49,641 nt of DNA. It comes from Stramenopiles sp. TOSAG23-3. Its lineage: Eukaryota. Below the pieces are notes generated by a model, which was not told the origin of the DNA, did no database searches, and saw only the letters and a list, made by a program, of their open reading frames with translations. The position numbers were made by a program, and so were the translations under genes. The stretch covers positions 1 to 49,641 of the forward strand of contig LT642164.1 in NCBI GenBank assembly GCA_900128585.1, written 5' to 3'. Positions within the stretch are counted from its first letter, which is position 1, and the number at the start of each line of letters is the position of its first letter. Positions 39,198 to 49,639 of the stretch are shown here, piece after piece.

Positions 39198-41897
39198 TTA
39201 TTCCTCTTCTCCACCAACGGCGATTTCCGTCTGAACCATAAAATTACAAAGGAGTTCGAATGCCCTGGCTTGATTGGCAGGATTGGCAACTGCACTTTTA
39301 TCTGCAATGATTTGACGTCTTCGTCTGCTGCTCGACACAACTCGTGGGGGAGAAGTTGCCGGGTTGGAGAATTCAGGCGGCAACTCTGTGTTGCTTTCTG
39401 AATGAATTATGCCGGGCGTCCTCGAATTGCTGCAATTTTTCCACCAGTACGATTTCACATCGGCCCACTTCAACTGTCCGTCTACCGACAACCTGTCGCT
39501 CCCTAAGAGACCTTTCAACGTTTCTTTTGGGAAAATTGATTTTAGAACTCTGTCTTTCGCTTGTCCATACTCAACAAACGTTGCTGCGCTAATGCTTACG
39601 CCTGGAGGGACCTTCATCAGCTGCGCCCTTTTCGGAGCAAAGGTTTCCGTCGTTTCTCCGAATTCGTCTTCCTTTACGATTTTACCACCGCCTTCGTAAG
39701 CAACTAGCAGGTTTAAATTGCGAGCCAGCGCTAAAAATGCCTTCTCCAAATATGCGATTGAATTTGCGTCTGCCAGAACGTACAAACGCTTCATGCTGAT
39801 GTTTGCAATATCAACTAATCGGGCTAAGAAATCGGCGTACAAAAGCTCTCTGTTTGTCCCCATTAAGAGGTTAAATGCGTCTTTCTTCGTGCACAACTTT
39901 GGTACTACTTTGTAGTGTTTCAACACCTTGTAGAAGGATGCGTGTGTCAAGTTGCTCGTCCACCTAGCAATTTCTGCAAACAAGTTTTTGCTTCCAATCG
40001 GTTTGCTTTGAGTTCGAGCAAAATGGGTAAAAATTTGCCGCAAGACTCTGTCAAACTTCATCACTACGGGGGTGATTGCTTCTGCAACATCAGGGGGTAT
40101 GACTGGATCCTGCCGTTGACTCGGGGCATCCTCAACTTTCGGTGTCTTCACATCCTCTGGCCCAGTCCCCAATCGCAACAGACGCGCAGATGCCGGGACA
40201 TCGTCAGGATGGAACACTGGTTTGGCCGTGTTGCCTTTGTCGGAACGGGCAGAAATGGACGCTTTGTGTGAATGGGACTGCCTCCTTCCAAACGGGTCCA
40301 GTTTGCTCATTTGCAAAGGAGTAATCGCCTCCTTCGGTCGTCTAGGCTTCTTGCCTTGGCTTCCGCCACTTCTCCTTGACCGATCGCCACTACTTGTTCC
40401 CCTCTGCCGTCTTTGTCGCCCAGCGGTTCTTGGACGCTGCGAAGATCCCGGTTTGCTTCCGGTGCTTTTTCGGCTTTGACTGCTTCCTCGTTTTGAAGAA
40501 ACCGCTGAACGGGGCCGAGAAGAGCTGGTGCTTGTTTTCCCTTCAGCTTGCATTGGAGTGAGCAGCGCCTCTCTAGAATTGCTTCCGCTGTGCGCAGACG
40601 CCGTGCCGGCATCGGAGTTTGCGCCCGCCCTTGATGAACTTCTGCTGCGATCATCGACAGACTTCTTTTCGACTTCTTCGTGCATTCGCAAGCCCGCTCG
40701 TTCTAATGCCCACGCCTCTTCGTCGAAGTCCTCCCCCTCTTTCATCACAGTGAACCACCCTCTCAGGTTCCGGCCTTTCAATATTTGGGCGGCCAAATTA
40801 GGATGCGAGTCTTCCAACACTCGCATGATGAACGTTCCAAGCTGAAAGTTCTGACGAGACAGCCTTGCCTTCTCTTCTATCATCTTTGCTTCTATTTCGA
40901 GTTGAGACAAAACGGTTCCTTCGCTTCTGCGAAGATCTTCTTGGGTTTTCAACAGCTCTTGCTGCAAGCGCGCGATCTCGGCCGTGCCCTGCTTCAGGCG
41001 CTCTTCCAATAACTTGAATCGCTGCTGCTTTGGGGAGCCGTTCGGGGACAAGGTTCGCTCAGGGCTGCCAGCCGCGTACTGTGTGCCCTGTTTTTCGATC
41101 CCGTTGTGCATATTGTTTGCAATCCGAGGGCTTCCCTCTGGACCACTCATTACTGCGCCTCTAGAACCGGGCATGCCTTGCAAACATGCTTGGAGTCTCA
41201 TGATTTGAGACCTCAACGAGCGATTCTGCTCCCTCAGGGCATCAAGCATCAAATCTCGCTGCCGGTCCTTCAGATCTGCTACTGACGCCCGAAAAGGCGT
41301 CGTTTCTGCCACACCAGACGCAAGCAGTTTCTGCAAGTCCTGCATCAACGTTTTGTTTGGAGGCGGGAGCTTGTCTACGACCAGAGGGTGCTCGGCAAGG
41401 CGGCACGTGTCTATCACTGAGTTCGCTGCCGCGAGCTCGTTCTGCAGGGCAACAATCATAACTTTCATAAGGGCCGGGGGCAACATATCGAGTCGACGAC
41501 GACGCAACAACGGCATCTGAGAAAACCGTTGCTCCCGAAAACGCAGTTTCTTGTTTTCTTTTTCTAGGTGCTGCTGGTCCATGGAAAGCGATTCGATGGA
41601 ACCAAACGACACGAGTGCCCGTTCCAACATGGCCTTTTCTGCTTCGTTATTCTTCAAACTATTGAACCACGCGTCTATATCGCCCGGGCGTGGCCGTGCC
41701 TTCATCATTTCCTGTAAAGCTTTTCCACTTGCGCCCTCAGCCTTTGATAAAGACACATCAGAGTAATCCACTAACTTTTTCACCGGCGTGCCCAGTCCAG
41801 GGGACAACATCGCTGGGGGTGCCCTCCGTCTCGTTGGCGACGACACCAACGAGGCGTCGTCTCCTACCTCCACCACGTTCACATCTTCGCTGCTCAT
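39198..41897 (-). CDS. Hypothetical coiled-coil protein with an S/R-rich disordered middle and a possible EF-hand-like helical C-terminal domain
   Basis: 899-aa ORF with a heptad-rich N half. LRQIFTHF...FYKVLKHYKVVPKL...LLYADFLARLVDIA resembles degenerate EF-like modules. Confidence 0.8.
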   Translation of the reverse strand: MSSEDVNVVEVGDDASLVSSPTRRRAPPAMLSPGLGTPVKKLVDYSDVSLSKAEGASGKALQEMMKARPRPGDIDAWFNSLKNNEAEKAMLERALVSFGSIESLSMDQQHLEKENKKLRFREQRFSQMPLLRRRRLDMLPPALMKVMIVALQNELAAANSVIDTCRLAEHPLVVDKLPPPNKTLMQDLQKLLASGVAETTPFRASVADLKDRQRDLMLDALREQNRSLRSQIMRLQACLQGMPGSRGAVMSGPEGSPRIANNMHNGIEKQGTQYAAGSPERTLSPNGSPKQQRFKLLEERLKQGTAEIARLQQELLKTQEDLRRSEGTVLSQLEIEAKMIEEKARLSRQNFQLGTFIMRVLEDSHPNLAAQILKGRNLRGWFTVMKEGEDFDEEAWALERAGLRMHEEVEKKSVDDRSRSSSRAGANSDAGTASAHSGSNSREALLTPMQAEGKTSTSSSRPRSAVSSKRGSSQSRKSTGSKPGSSQRPRTAGRQRRQRGTSSGDRSRRSGGSQGKKPRRPKEAITPLQMSKLDPFGRRQSHSHKASISARSDKGNTAKPVFHPDDVPASARLLRLGTGPEDVKTPKVEDAPSQRQDPVIPPDVAEAITPVVMKFDRVLRQIFTHFARTQSKPIGSKNLFAEIARWTSNLTHASFYKVLKHYKVVPKLCTKKDAFNLLMGTNRELLYADFLARLVDIANISMKRLYVLADANSIAYLEKAFLALARNLNLLVAYEGGGKIVKEDEFGETTETFAPKRAQLMKVPPGVSISAATFVEYGQAKDRVLKSIFPKETLKGLLGSDRLSVDGQLKWADVKSYWWKNCSNSRTPGIIHSESNTELPPEFSNPATSPPRVVSSSRRRRQIIADKSAVANPANQARAFELLCNFMVQTEIAVGGEEE

Positions 41898-43323
41898 CCT
41901 GCCTTGAACAAACTATAGCCAAATAAGTCTATTCAAGTCAAACTGTGCGTATGTTTAAACAATAAGCTTGAATCATTTGATTTAACTGTTCAATTTCTTT
42001 TTAAAATCTTAATTAAATTCTTCTCCTTTCATACATAATATAATAAATGTAATATTCAATATACTTTTTTTATTAGTTTATTTTTTTTTTTTAAAAAAAG
42101 AGGAGAGGAGTCAACGTATATTATTATTATTATATATTTAATAGTCGTCTAATAAAATAATAAAGAAGGCTCGCTCTTCTCACAATTAAGTGGATTAAGC
42201 TTCTTAGTCTATTATAAATAATATTTTTTAATATCACTCTATTTGCCAATAATACTTATTATGTCTTCGTAATGAATGTATACGTAATAAACCTCGTAGA
42301 ATACTCGAACAATTTGTATGAGTTACAGTTACAATTTATTTTTTACATTCATAATTATTAGGACCTGTTGTGTTCTTATAGTCAGTCGTCTACATATATA
42401 AATTAAAACCAGTATTTTTTTATTTTGCTTTGCTAGAGAGACTACAGTATTATAGTTTTATATAATACCTAAGTATGACGGTAGTGAGTGTAGTGTATCA
42501 TCAATCCACTGTGGAATAATGACGTTGGCAAAACATTAAACATTCCAATGAGCTGCTATGTCAATAGTATACATTAAAAATTATTACTATAAATTCTAAG
42601 AAGACGACAATGGAACTCACTTGTCCTTGTAGTTTTAGAGTTAAGGTTCATGTATTTGTTTAGAATATAATAAAATATACTTGTATATATTATTATTCAT
42701 AGAAACTTTGGTGATGAAAAAACTACTGAAAAAGAAAAAGAAAACCGCTACATATTTTAATACAGCAGCAGCAGCAATAAAACAAAAACAAGAAAAAAGG
42801 GACATATAATAAAATATATTTACTACAACTAGACTTTTCGTACAGTAAAATATTCTACTATAATAGTTAGTAATAATATTCTAATAAAATATGAGAAATA
42901 ATGGATAATAATAAAAGAGCATGTGCCGTATGAGAGGAGGGGAGGGTAAAACTGTAACAAATCGCAAGGGCATAGCGGGTCGAATTGCTAACTGGTCTGG
43001 TCGGGGAGGAAGGTGAAAAAAAAAAAAAAAGTACCGGGAGGTACGTAGGTATAATAGGAAGGTATTATCCTCGTATTATTTATTACGACGGAAGAGGAGG
43101 AATTAATACAAAAAAAAAAGTGAACAAAAAATGGCTGATGAAATATGCTAAACGACTATGAAGATGATCAACGGCTGTTTTTAAATTCATAAAATTTCAC
43201 GAATCGGCATTTTAAAATATAGAGTTTGGAAAACAGCCATTCGTTTACTTGGGGAGTTGCAAATACGTGAAAGGTTCCACTAGGCAGGAAGGTTCGACGG
43301 GGGAGGGGGGGGGCTAACTCAAC

Positions 43324-45051
43324 ATGCCACTTTCCGGTGATCCGTCGAAGCCCATGTACGTGAAAAGCTTGCTTCAGAAAATCACAAGCCTAAAGCCAGT
43401 TCTGGAAGAACAGAAGAAGGGGATAGGTGAATACGGTCCGATCAAGAAAAGGCACAAAGCTCAAATCGAAGCCAGAAAGAACGACAAGAAGAAAGACTTA
43501 GTACACGCGACTTGTTGCGCTTGCCCAGTGTGTAAACCCCCGGTACCGCCGTCGAAAAGAAATAGCCCAGTAAAATCCAAAGCTGGAACGTACAAGGGCA
43601 GGAAAAACCGCTTTCGTGTAAAACGGTCACACCAGATAAAAACAACGATCGGGGGGCAGACAGTAGTGAAGACAATAGATAGTATAACAGAAGACGATAT
43701 TGAGACGTTTGCCATGGAGTATCCGCGTTTGAAGAAAATGCAAAGGATCAGCAAGTACACAAATAACCAGGGGACGAGAACAGGGAAGACGCCGTCCCGG
43801 CCAAGTTTTGCCGGCAGCTCATTTGCCTTGAAAAATATTCAAGACGATAAAGATACTCGAATAACAAACTTACTAGAAAACTTTGATAAAGCAAACTTAG
43901 AGGAAGAGGAAGGGCAGGAAGAGTTATTGAACTACCTCGGGGTCTTGGGCGCGTATGAACAAAGGCGGAGAGAGAAGAAGCTTCAAGTAACTCAGGCAAT
44001 ATACAATAACTATGCCACGTCATTCAATATGAAAATTGACGTCAATGCTGATGGGAAGTTTAGTTTAAAAGTCAATCAGAATGGAGAAACAGACAGCAAA
44101 GGTGCTGGAATTTCGAAGCTGAAGGGAAGGAAACGGAAAAAGCGGCCGCTTCAGTCGAAAAAGCTTCCAGTCGCCGCCAAAGTGAAACCGGCTGAAACCG
44201 AACCAAAGTCGTCTGAGAATACAGCAACGCCGTTGGCAAATAAATTTGATGAATCCAAAATAGAAAGTAGTAGACCGCCAGAAAAAGTGGGTGAGAGTTC
44301 TGGTGGTCGAAATTCTGTTTGTAAGCAAGATAAAACGGCCGTGAACAACACGGGAGTAAGCGAAGAGGAAACCGGTGGGCCGGATTTGTCGCATAGTAAA
44401 CCAACTGAAGACGTGCTTGAACCGTTAAAGGGTCACGACAGGAATGCCCACCCATATCTCAAGCAAGAGAAAGCGGCTGAAACTGACCAAACAATAGACA
44501 AACCAGACTCAGCAAGCGCAGTGCAGGCTCTGATTCTGTCCAGAGGCGGCGAAAAAGAAACGATTGTCATAGTGAAGGACGAAATCTCTTCCGTGAGTGT
44601 ACAGGATCTAAACGGTGAGCTGGAAAAGACTATCTCGCCTAACGAAATGCCAAAAAAACAGCTTGATCATGAAACTGCATCAAACGCTGATAAGCAGATG
44701 AAGGGCCTAATTGAAGAAAAGCCAGAATCACAAATGTTAGAAAATCGAGTCGAAGAAACTGAAAAGCAAGGAAAAGATCCAATAGAAGAAAACCTGTCGG
44801 AAGCCCCAGATGAGAACACAGAAGGTATAGAGCTCGAAAAGACTATCGCGCCTAACGAAATGCTAAAAAAACAGCTTAAGCAAGACGCTGCACCAAACGT
44901 TGACAACACAAACGCTGACAAGCAGATGAAGGGCCCAATCGAAGAAAAGTCAGAATCACAAATGATAGAAGATCGAGTCGTAGCCCCTGATGCTCCAGCA
45001 GAATCAGGCTTTGAGCAGGCAAAAAAGTCTTTAATTCTCAATGAAATTTGA
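43324..45051 (+). CDS. Hypothetical protein with a basic N-terminus (CCACPVC) and an acidic disordered tail containing an internal duplication
   Basis: 575-aa ORF with a duplicated block at 44617-44752 and 44830-44980. Confidence 0.78.
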   Translation: MPLSGDPSKPMYVKSLLQKITSLKPVLEEQKKGIGEYGPIKKRHKAQIEARKNDKKKDLVHATCCACPVCKPPVPPSKRNSPVKSKAGTYKGRKNRFRVKRSHQIKTTIGGQTVVKTIDSITEDDIETFAMEYPRLKKMQRISKYTNNQGTRTGKTPSRPSFAGSSFALKNIQDDKDTRITNLLENFDKANLEEEEGQEELLNYLGVLGAYEQRRREKKLQVTQAIYNNYATSFNMKIDVNADGKFSLKVNQNGETDSKGAGISKLKGRKRKKRPLQSKKLPVAAKVKPAETEPKSSENTATPLANKFDESKIESSRPPEKVGESSGGRNSVCKQDKTAVNNTGVSEEETGGPDLSHSKPTEDVLEPLKGHDRNAHPYLKQEKAAETDQTIDKPDSASAVQALILSRGGEKETIVIVKDEISSVSVQDLNGELEKTISPNEMPKKQLDHETASNADKQMKGLIEEKPESQMLENRVEETEKQGKDPIEENLSEAPDENTEGIELEKTIAPNEMLKKQLKQDAAPNVDNTNADKQMKGPIEEKSESQMIEDRVVAPDAPAESGFEQAKKSLILNEI

Positions 45052-45096
45052 GCCACGAGTTGTTTCAAGCGCATTGCTGTGAGATGTGGCATTTTT

Positions 45097-45173
45097 TTAA
45101 AAAACAAGAAAATTGGCTGTTATTTAAGTAATTAAAATTAATGTACTGCGAACTGAACTCTAGATTTAGACAT
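45097..45173 (+). repeat. Full-length copy of the dispersed AAACAAGAAAATTGGCTG element
   Basis: TTAAAAAACAAGAAAATTGGCTGTTATTTAAGTAATTAAAATTAATGTACTGCGAACTGAACTCTAGATTTAGACAT, closely matching 28531-28609. Confidence 0.92.
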
Positions 45174-45241
45174 CCGAGGTTTTTAAAACACAAAAATATC
45201 CTGGTGTAATTTTACACTTCGTAATATAAAACAAATAAACA

Positions 45242-48200
45242 TTAGAGCTCCTCTCTGTATGTGGCAGCCAGCATATCCTCACCAGAAGCATACGTCAAGG
45301 AATAGTTTGCTTTTCCTTGAAGTATGTAGGCATCCCTAGGTGCTTTGGTTTTCTTTACGGCCTTTCCTTTTTTCTCTTCGCCGCTTAGTAGAAATAAACC
45401 GCGGCGGTGATAATCAACCAAGGCGGATTGTAGTTGCCTGTTTTCGGTACGAATAGCTCTCACCTGAGCGCGACACAATTCTTTGTATGAGACGGAAGCG
45501 GCAAACATTTGCCATTTCATGATTGACCAAGCAAGGGGCATTTTCATTACCTTTTTTTCAATTTCTTTTCTAGTTTCTGCAAACAATTCGCGTTGGTTCA
45601 GCATTGTGCACTGCCATGCAGTGGAACGCCAACTACGAAAAGTTACGGCTTTGTCTTTTGCTTTTTGTTTGTCCTTAACTGAGACAAAAAATTCCTTGAT
45701 TTTGTCGCATGTCCATAATCTATTTGTCCATTCAAAGACGGCCCATTTCAGATCGGACACTCTCTTTCTCAATGCTACTGTCAAGAGTAGCTTTCTCAGC
45801 GTTCGCCTCCGCTTTACCATGGCTAGCCACATTGTGAAACAGCGGAACATGTTTTTCTTTCCTTCTTGCCTCATTGACTGATCGGCGGCTTGTTTGCAAT
45901 TCTTCTTCACTGTGTTGCGCATCCATTGCTTATGATCATAAAGCACCATGGCTCTGACAGATAACTGCCATTTTTGGAGAGTCAGTCGTAAATGGCTGCG
46001 CTTCTTCCATGATAGGCCTGCGTGGGCAACAAAACGTATATTTCTCATCCGCTGAGCCTCCAAATGCCAGTCGTTAAAAGCCAGTCGTTCGTTTCTCAAC
46101 TTCCAACGTTTCGCGAACCGAAACAGATAATTGTGCGCCCGCACTATTCTCTCGTGCCTGTGTGTCCAGAGGTTTATGCCAATTCTGCAGTAATTTTTTG
46201 CCAGAATTTTAAAGGCCACATTCATTTGCCTCCTTTGCAAAACTCTATGCCTGGCATGATCGACCCAAGTATAAAAGTGACCAGCTAAACTCCGGTGCGA
46301 TATTCGAAATACAATATTGTTGACAATCTTACGCTCGTGTTTGATTTTGTGTGCATGATCGGCCCATGATTGAAAGGAATTGTATTTTGTTCTCAAATTC
46401 CATGCAATTGTCAATTTTCTTTTCACTTCAAGCACTCGAGTCAAATGTCTCGCACGTAAATGCCACATCTTGACGCAACTTTGAAGGGCATGCCTGTACA
46501 TTGAGCGCAATATTCTACCTCCAATTAAGCGTCTCCTGTACGTTAAATGGGCAAAGTAATGCCATTCGTCAAACAGGAACCCAAGATATCTTCTTCTCTC
46601 TTTCGCAAACAGTTTTTTAACTATACTTTGTATGTGGGCCTCCTTTTTCCACGCGATAAATACTTTCATTTGAAAACGGACCAGCACGAGCACGTCTTGC
46701 TTCTTCCGAAGTCGGTGGTAGTGCTTGCACCAGTGGTTCATGTACTGCAATTTCCTCAGCGCATCGACCTTCTGAATCTTTCTCCATCTGTGAAGAAGTC
46801 TGCAGATGGCCTTCTTCCTTTCTCTGATTCGAACAGCGCTATTTGACATTTTGTGAAAGTATTTGTATACAACCTGCCTGTCCTTTTGAAGAATTAAAGC
46901 CGCAAACCTCTTCAAAACCCTGCCTTGCTTTGCCCATTTTTGAATGGCCACTTGAAGGTTTTTGTGTCTGAACTTGAAAATAATTTTGCGTACACTGGTC
47001 TGCTTGAAAAGCTCTGCCTTTACAGCATTGTGCCATCCTTGTAGTACCTTCCGCTGCTTAAATTTTTCAATTAAATTCTTTGCCTGCTGCACTCGAAAGT
47101 GTTCTTTGGCGACTGTGCTGCTGTATCTACTCCATCGTCCCAAAAGCTTGCGGACCAGAAACCTCTCTCTAGATTCCCAAAAATACCCAATTTTCTTGAG
47201 CAGCAAAACATGTCGCTTCCAAGATTGGAACGAACGTAAGCAATTACGTTTGAAGCAACCCCTAGTTATACTTTTAATTTTCGTCTGTAGACGCTTGCGC
47301 CTTGCAACTTTGCGACGCCAATTTCGAAGTCGAATACGGACAATGCCCCACTCTTTCCACTTAATCTGCATTCTGACGGCTTTGCGAAAAAACAACTTCT
47401 TTCTCCACATGATAAAGAAGCTATTTGTTTTCAGCGTTTGGCACTTTCGCCTTACCCGGTGGAAATAATTCTGGTCCTGCTGAAGATGGCGAAGTGTATT
47501 CCATGCGCGTTGAAGCATAAATCTCCGGCGCCACGCAAACAAGCGCACTGTATTAAGAGCAGCCACGGCTTTTCCGATGTCTGAGTGGTTTGCATTGTGT
47601 AAAATCAAGTAAACCGCATTTTTCCACGACACAAAGCGCTTTCGTAAAGTTTGCCGCTGAAAATAAGCCATAGCGCGATCAGCATGAAACTTTCGCCCGC
47701 GTTTCATGTAGAACCTGCGCCATGATCTCCATGCTAGCCGCTTATAGCGTCTGCCTAAAGCATTAAAGTTTTTTTGCATAGTTGATCTTCTGTGCCGATG
47801 TCGATGACCCTTCCATAGAAGTGTTGAAAATCCATAATGCAGCTTTCGCTTTTTCCAGGCATTTGTTACTCGAAAAATCACGCGTTGAAATCGACTTTCA
47901 CAGTTCCATTTGTGGAAAGCACTACTCATCAATCCAGTTCTGCAATTTCGCATCATTATATGTACGACTTTCCTCTCTTTCATCCGGGTAGATGTTATAA
48001 TCTTCCATTTAAAGTAGAAATTGCGCTTGACGAGGCGTCGGGATTGGTTTTGCTTCATAGACACAATTGCTGACGATCTTTGGTGGTTAATTACATAAAG
48101 CTTCATGCGCTGAAGACCGTAGCTCTTGACGCGCTGGGATCGGCGAATAAACAGCTGCTGCATTTTTCTGTTCTTTTTAGCCTCGAAATAAGTAGCATAA

Positions 48201-49639
48201 AACTTCATTCCTAGGCGTTGCAGCCAGTGCTGAAAAGCTTGGCGGATTTTAATCCGTTTTGTGCGAAAAAACAAGCGCCGCACTTTTGTTCTTTGATCTG
48301 ACCACACGTTCAAATCTTCCGTGTCCAAGCGCACGTTTTGAGTTTTTGGCTTTTTGGCAAGTTCATCCACTGCTACTTTAAGCGTTGTGCTCTTGCGCTG
48401 CTCGATCCTTAGCATTCTTTCTGCTTTAACCATCCTGTCTTTGACCAGTTTTGCTGCGTACAAAGCTACGGACATGTCGCTTGCCGCCTCGCTGATCGCA
48501 TTAATCAGCGCTGTCCCATTCAAGCTGCTCCGCCTCTTTTTGTCAGATCCATCAACAAAGCTTACGAAATTAGCCATCACAACCCTTAAATCCGGTAGAT
48601 CTTTCGCCACTTCTATCGCATCCGCTTCATCTGCCATGCTAACATTTCTTTCTAAATTTCGACGAAAAGTGTTCAAGTGCGTATCCAGCAATGATCGAGA
48701 GCGTTCCGGATTACGTGCCGTGGCACTGTTGCGGCGTCCAGCTGTCTTTCCCTGAGGCTTAAAGCGAACTCGCTGCTGGAGGGTCCACGCCCTGGCTTTT
48801 CGCCTCCTTCGAAGGGAATTCTCAACAGAATTTGAAAGGCTGTACAAATACTTTCCGAACTGGCTGCCGAACCTGCTCAGTATGTCTCTATCCCCATTGT
48901 CAAAGGCCGCTCCCCCTCTGTGCGATGCGACAGCTACTATTTCGAAAAAGTCACCTTCCTTTATATCGCGCTGAGAAAATGGAACAAATATAAGAGAACT
49001 TATATCCTCGTCAAATACATGCCCTATTTGCATTTCTTTGAGAACTGAAGAGTTGTTCTCAATACTAGGTTTGTTTTGTTTCAAAGCAACATCTATCATC
49101 GTCGCTAGTTTTCTGTTTCTCACAATAACGGTCCCTTCTCCCGGAGACCTGCGAAGAACGCTCCCTTTCTTGTTATCTTCTCGGTTTGGGAGAAACAATT
49201 CGACTTTGTCACATTTCAACAGCAACGCTGCATCCTCTCGAAAATTGTCAACAGTTTGATAGTATACCCTGTTTTCATAAAATTGCCTTCTGTATTGAGT
49301 GCACCATTTAGAAAATTCGCCCCGCATCGCTTTGAAATCAGTTTTTCGGAGATCCTCTGAGAACACCCGTGCGGTCAGAAACGCAGCGAAAGCTCTTCCG
49401 CATTCCATATCTTCAATACTGTATTCTCCTCCAAATTTATTTACAAACTGTACCACGCCATGTATTTTCTTCATCGTGCCTGGGGCCACTTTCTGCAAAA
49501 GCGGAATACACAATACAGACTTCGTTCGATACCCAGTAAGCTGGTCAACGTGTTGGTTAAACCCCTCTGTGTAGTATGCGTCTTTCGTGTGGACCACTTC
49601 CTTGGTTCTAGCACACTCTGCAACAAGTGATGTCCCAGA
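45242..49639 (-). CDS. GAF-domain protein with a long Sfi1-like (Trp/basic helical repeat) tail; 5' end outside the window
   Basis: The frame is open to the window end: SLVAECARTKEVVHTKDAY...FNQHVDQLTGYRTKSVLCIPL...GVVQFVNK (GAF), then a second degenerate GAF, then many F..W repeats (AFQHW, AFHKW, SFQSW, AFNDW). Confidence 0.8.
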   Translation of the reverse strand, partial: SGTSLVAECARTKEVVHTKDAYYTEGFNQHVDQLTGYRTKSVLCIPLLQKVAPGTMKKIHGVVQFVNKFGGEYSIEDMECGRAFAAFLTARVFSEDLRKTDFKAMRGEFSKWCTQYRRQFYENRVYYQTVDNFREDAALLLKCDKVELFLPNREDNKKGSVLRRSPGEGTVIVRNRKLATMIDVALKQNKPSIENNSSVLKEMQIGHVFDEDISSLIFVPFSQRDIKEGDFFEIVAVASHRGGAAFDNGDRDILSRFGSQFGKYLYSLSNSVENSLRRRRKARAWTLQQRVRFKPQGKTAGRRNSATARNPERSRSLLDTHLNTFRRNLERNVSMADEADAIEVAKDLPDLRVVMANFVSFVDGSDKKRRSSLNGTALINAISEAASDMSVALYAAKLVKDRMVKAERMLRIEQRKSTTLKVAVDELAKKPKTQNVRLDTEDLNVWSDQRTKVRRLFFRTKRIKIRQAFQHWLQRLGMKFYATYFEAKKNRKMQQLFIRRSQRVKSYGLQRMKLYVINHQRSSAIVSMKQNQSRRLVKRNFYFKWKIITSTRMKERKVVHIMMRNCRTGLMSSAFHKWNCESRFQRVIFRVTNAWKKRKLHYGFSTLLWKGHRHRHRRSTMQKNFNALGRRYKRLAWRSWRRFYMKRGRKFHADRAMAYFQRQTLRKRFVSWKNAVYLILHNANHSDIGKAVAALNTVRLFAWRRRFMLQRAWNTLRHLQQDQNYFHRVRRKCQTLKTNSFFIMWRKKLFFRKAVRMQIKWKEWGIVRIRLRNWRRKVARRKRLQTKIKSITRGCFKRNCLRSFQSWKRHVLLLKKIGYFWESRERFLVRKLLGRWSRYSSTVAKEHFRVQQAKNLIEKFKQRKVLQGWHNAVKAELFKQTSVRKIIFKFRHKNLQVAIQKWAKQGRVLKRFAALILQKDRQVVYKYFHKMSNSAVRIRERKKAICRLLHRWRKIQKVDALRKLQYMNHWCKHYHRLRKKQDVLVLVRFQMKVFIAWKKEAHIQSIVKKLFAKERRRYLGFLFDEWHYFAHLTYRRRLIGGRILRSMYRHALQSCVKMWHLRARHLTRVLEVKRKLTIAWNLRTKYNSFQSWADHAHKIKHERKIVNNIVFRISHRSLAGHFYTWVDHARHRVLQRRQMNVAFKILAKNYCRIGINLWTHRHERIVRAHNYLFRFAKRWKLRNERLAFNDWHLEAQRMRNIRFVAHAGLSWKKRSHLRLTLQKWQLSVRAMVLYDHKQWMRNTVKKNCKQAADQSMRQEGKKNMFRCFTMWLAMVKRRRTLRKLLLTVALRKRVSDLKWAVFEWTNRLWTCDKIKEFFVSVKDKQKAKDKAVTFRSWRSTAWQCTMLNQRELFAETRKEIEKKVMKMPLAWSIMKWQMFAASVSYKELCRAQVRAIRTENRQLQSALVDYHRRGLFLLSGEEKKGKAVKKTKAPRDAYILQGKANYSLTYASGEDMLAATYREEL

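Noticed and set aside
42900-43320. GC-richer patches and G-runs as a possible ncRNA or tRNA
   Set aside because: I could not recognise a cloverleaf, box motifs or snRNA signature. An Infernal/Rfam scan would be needed.
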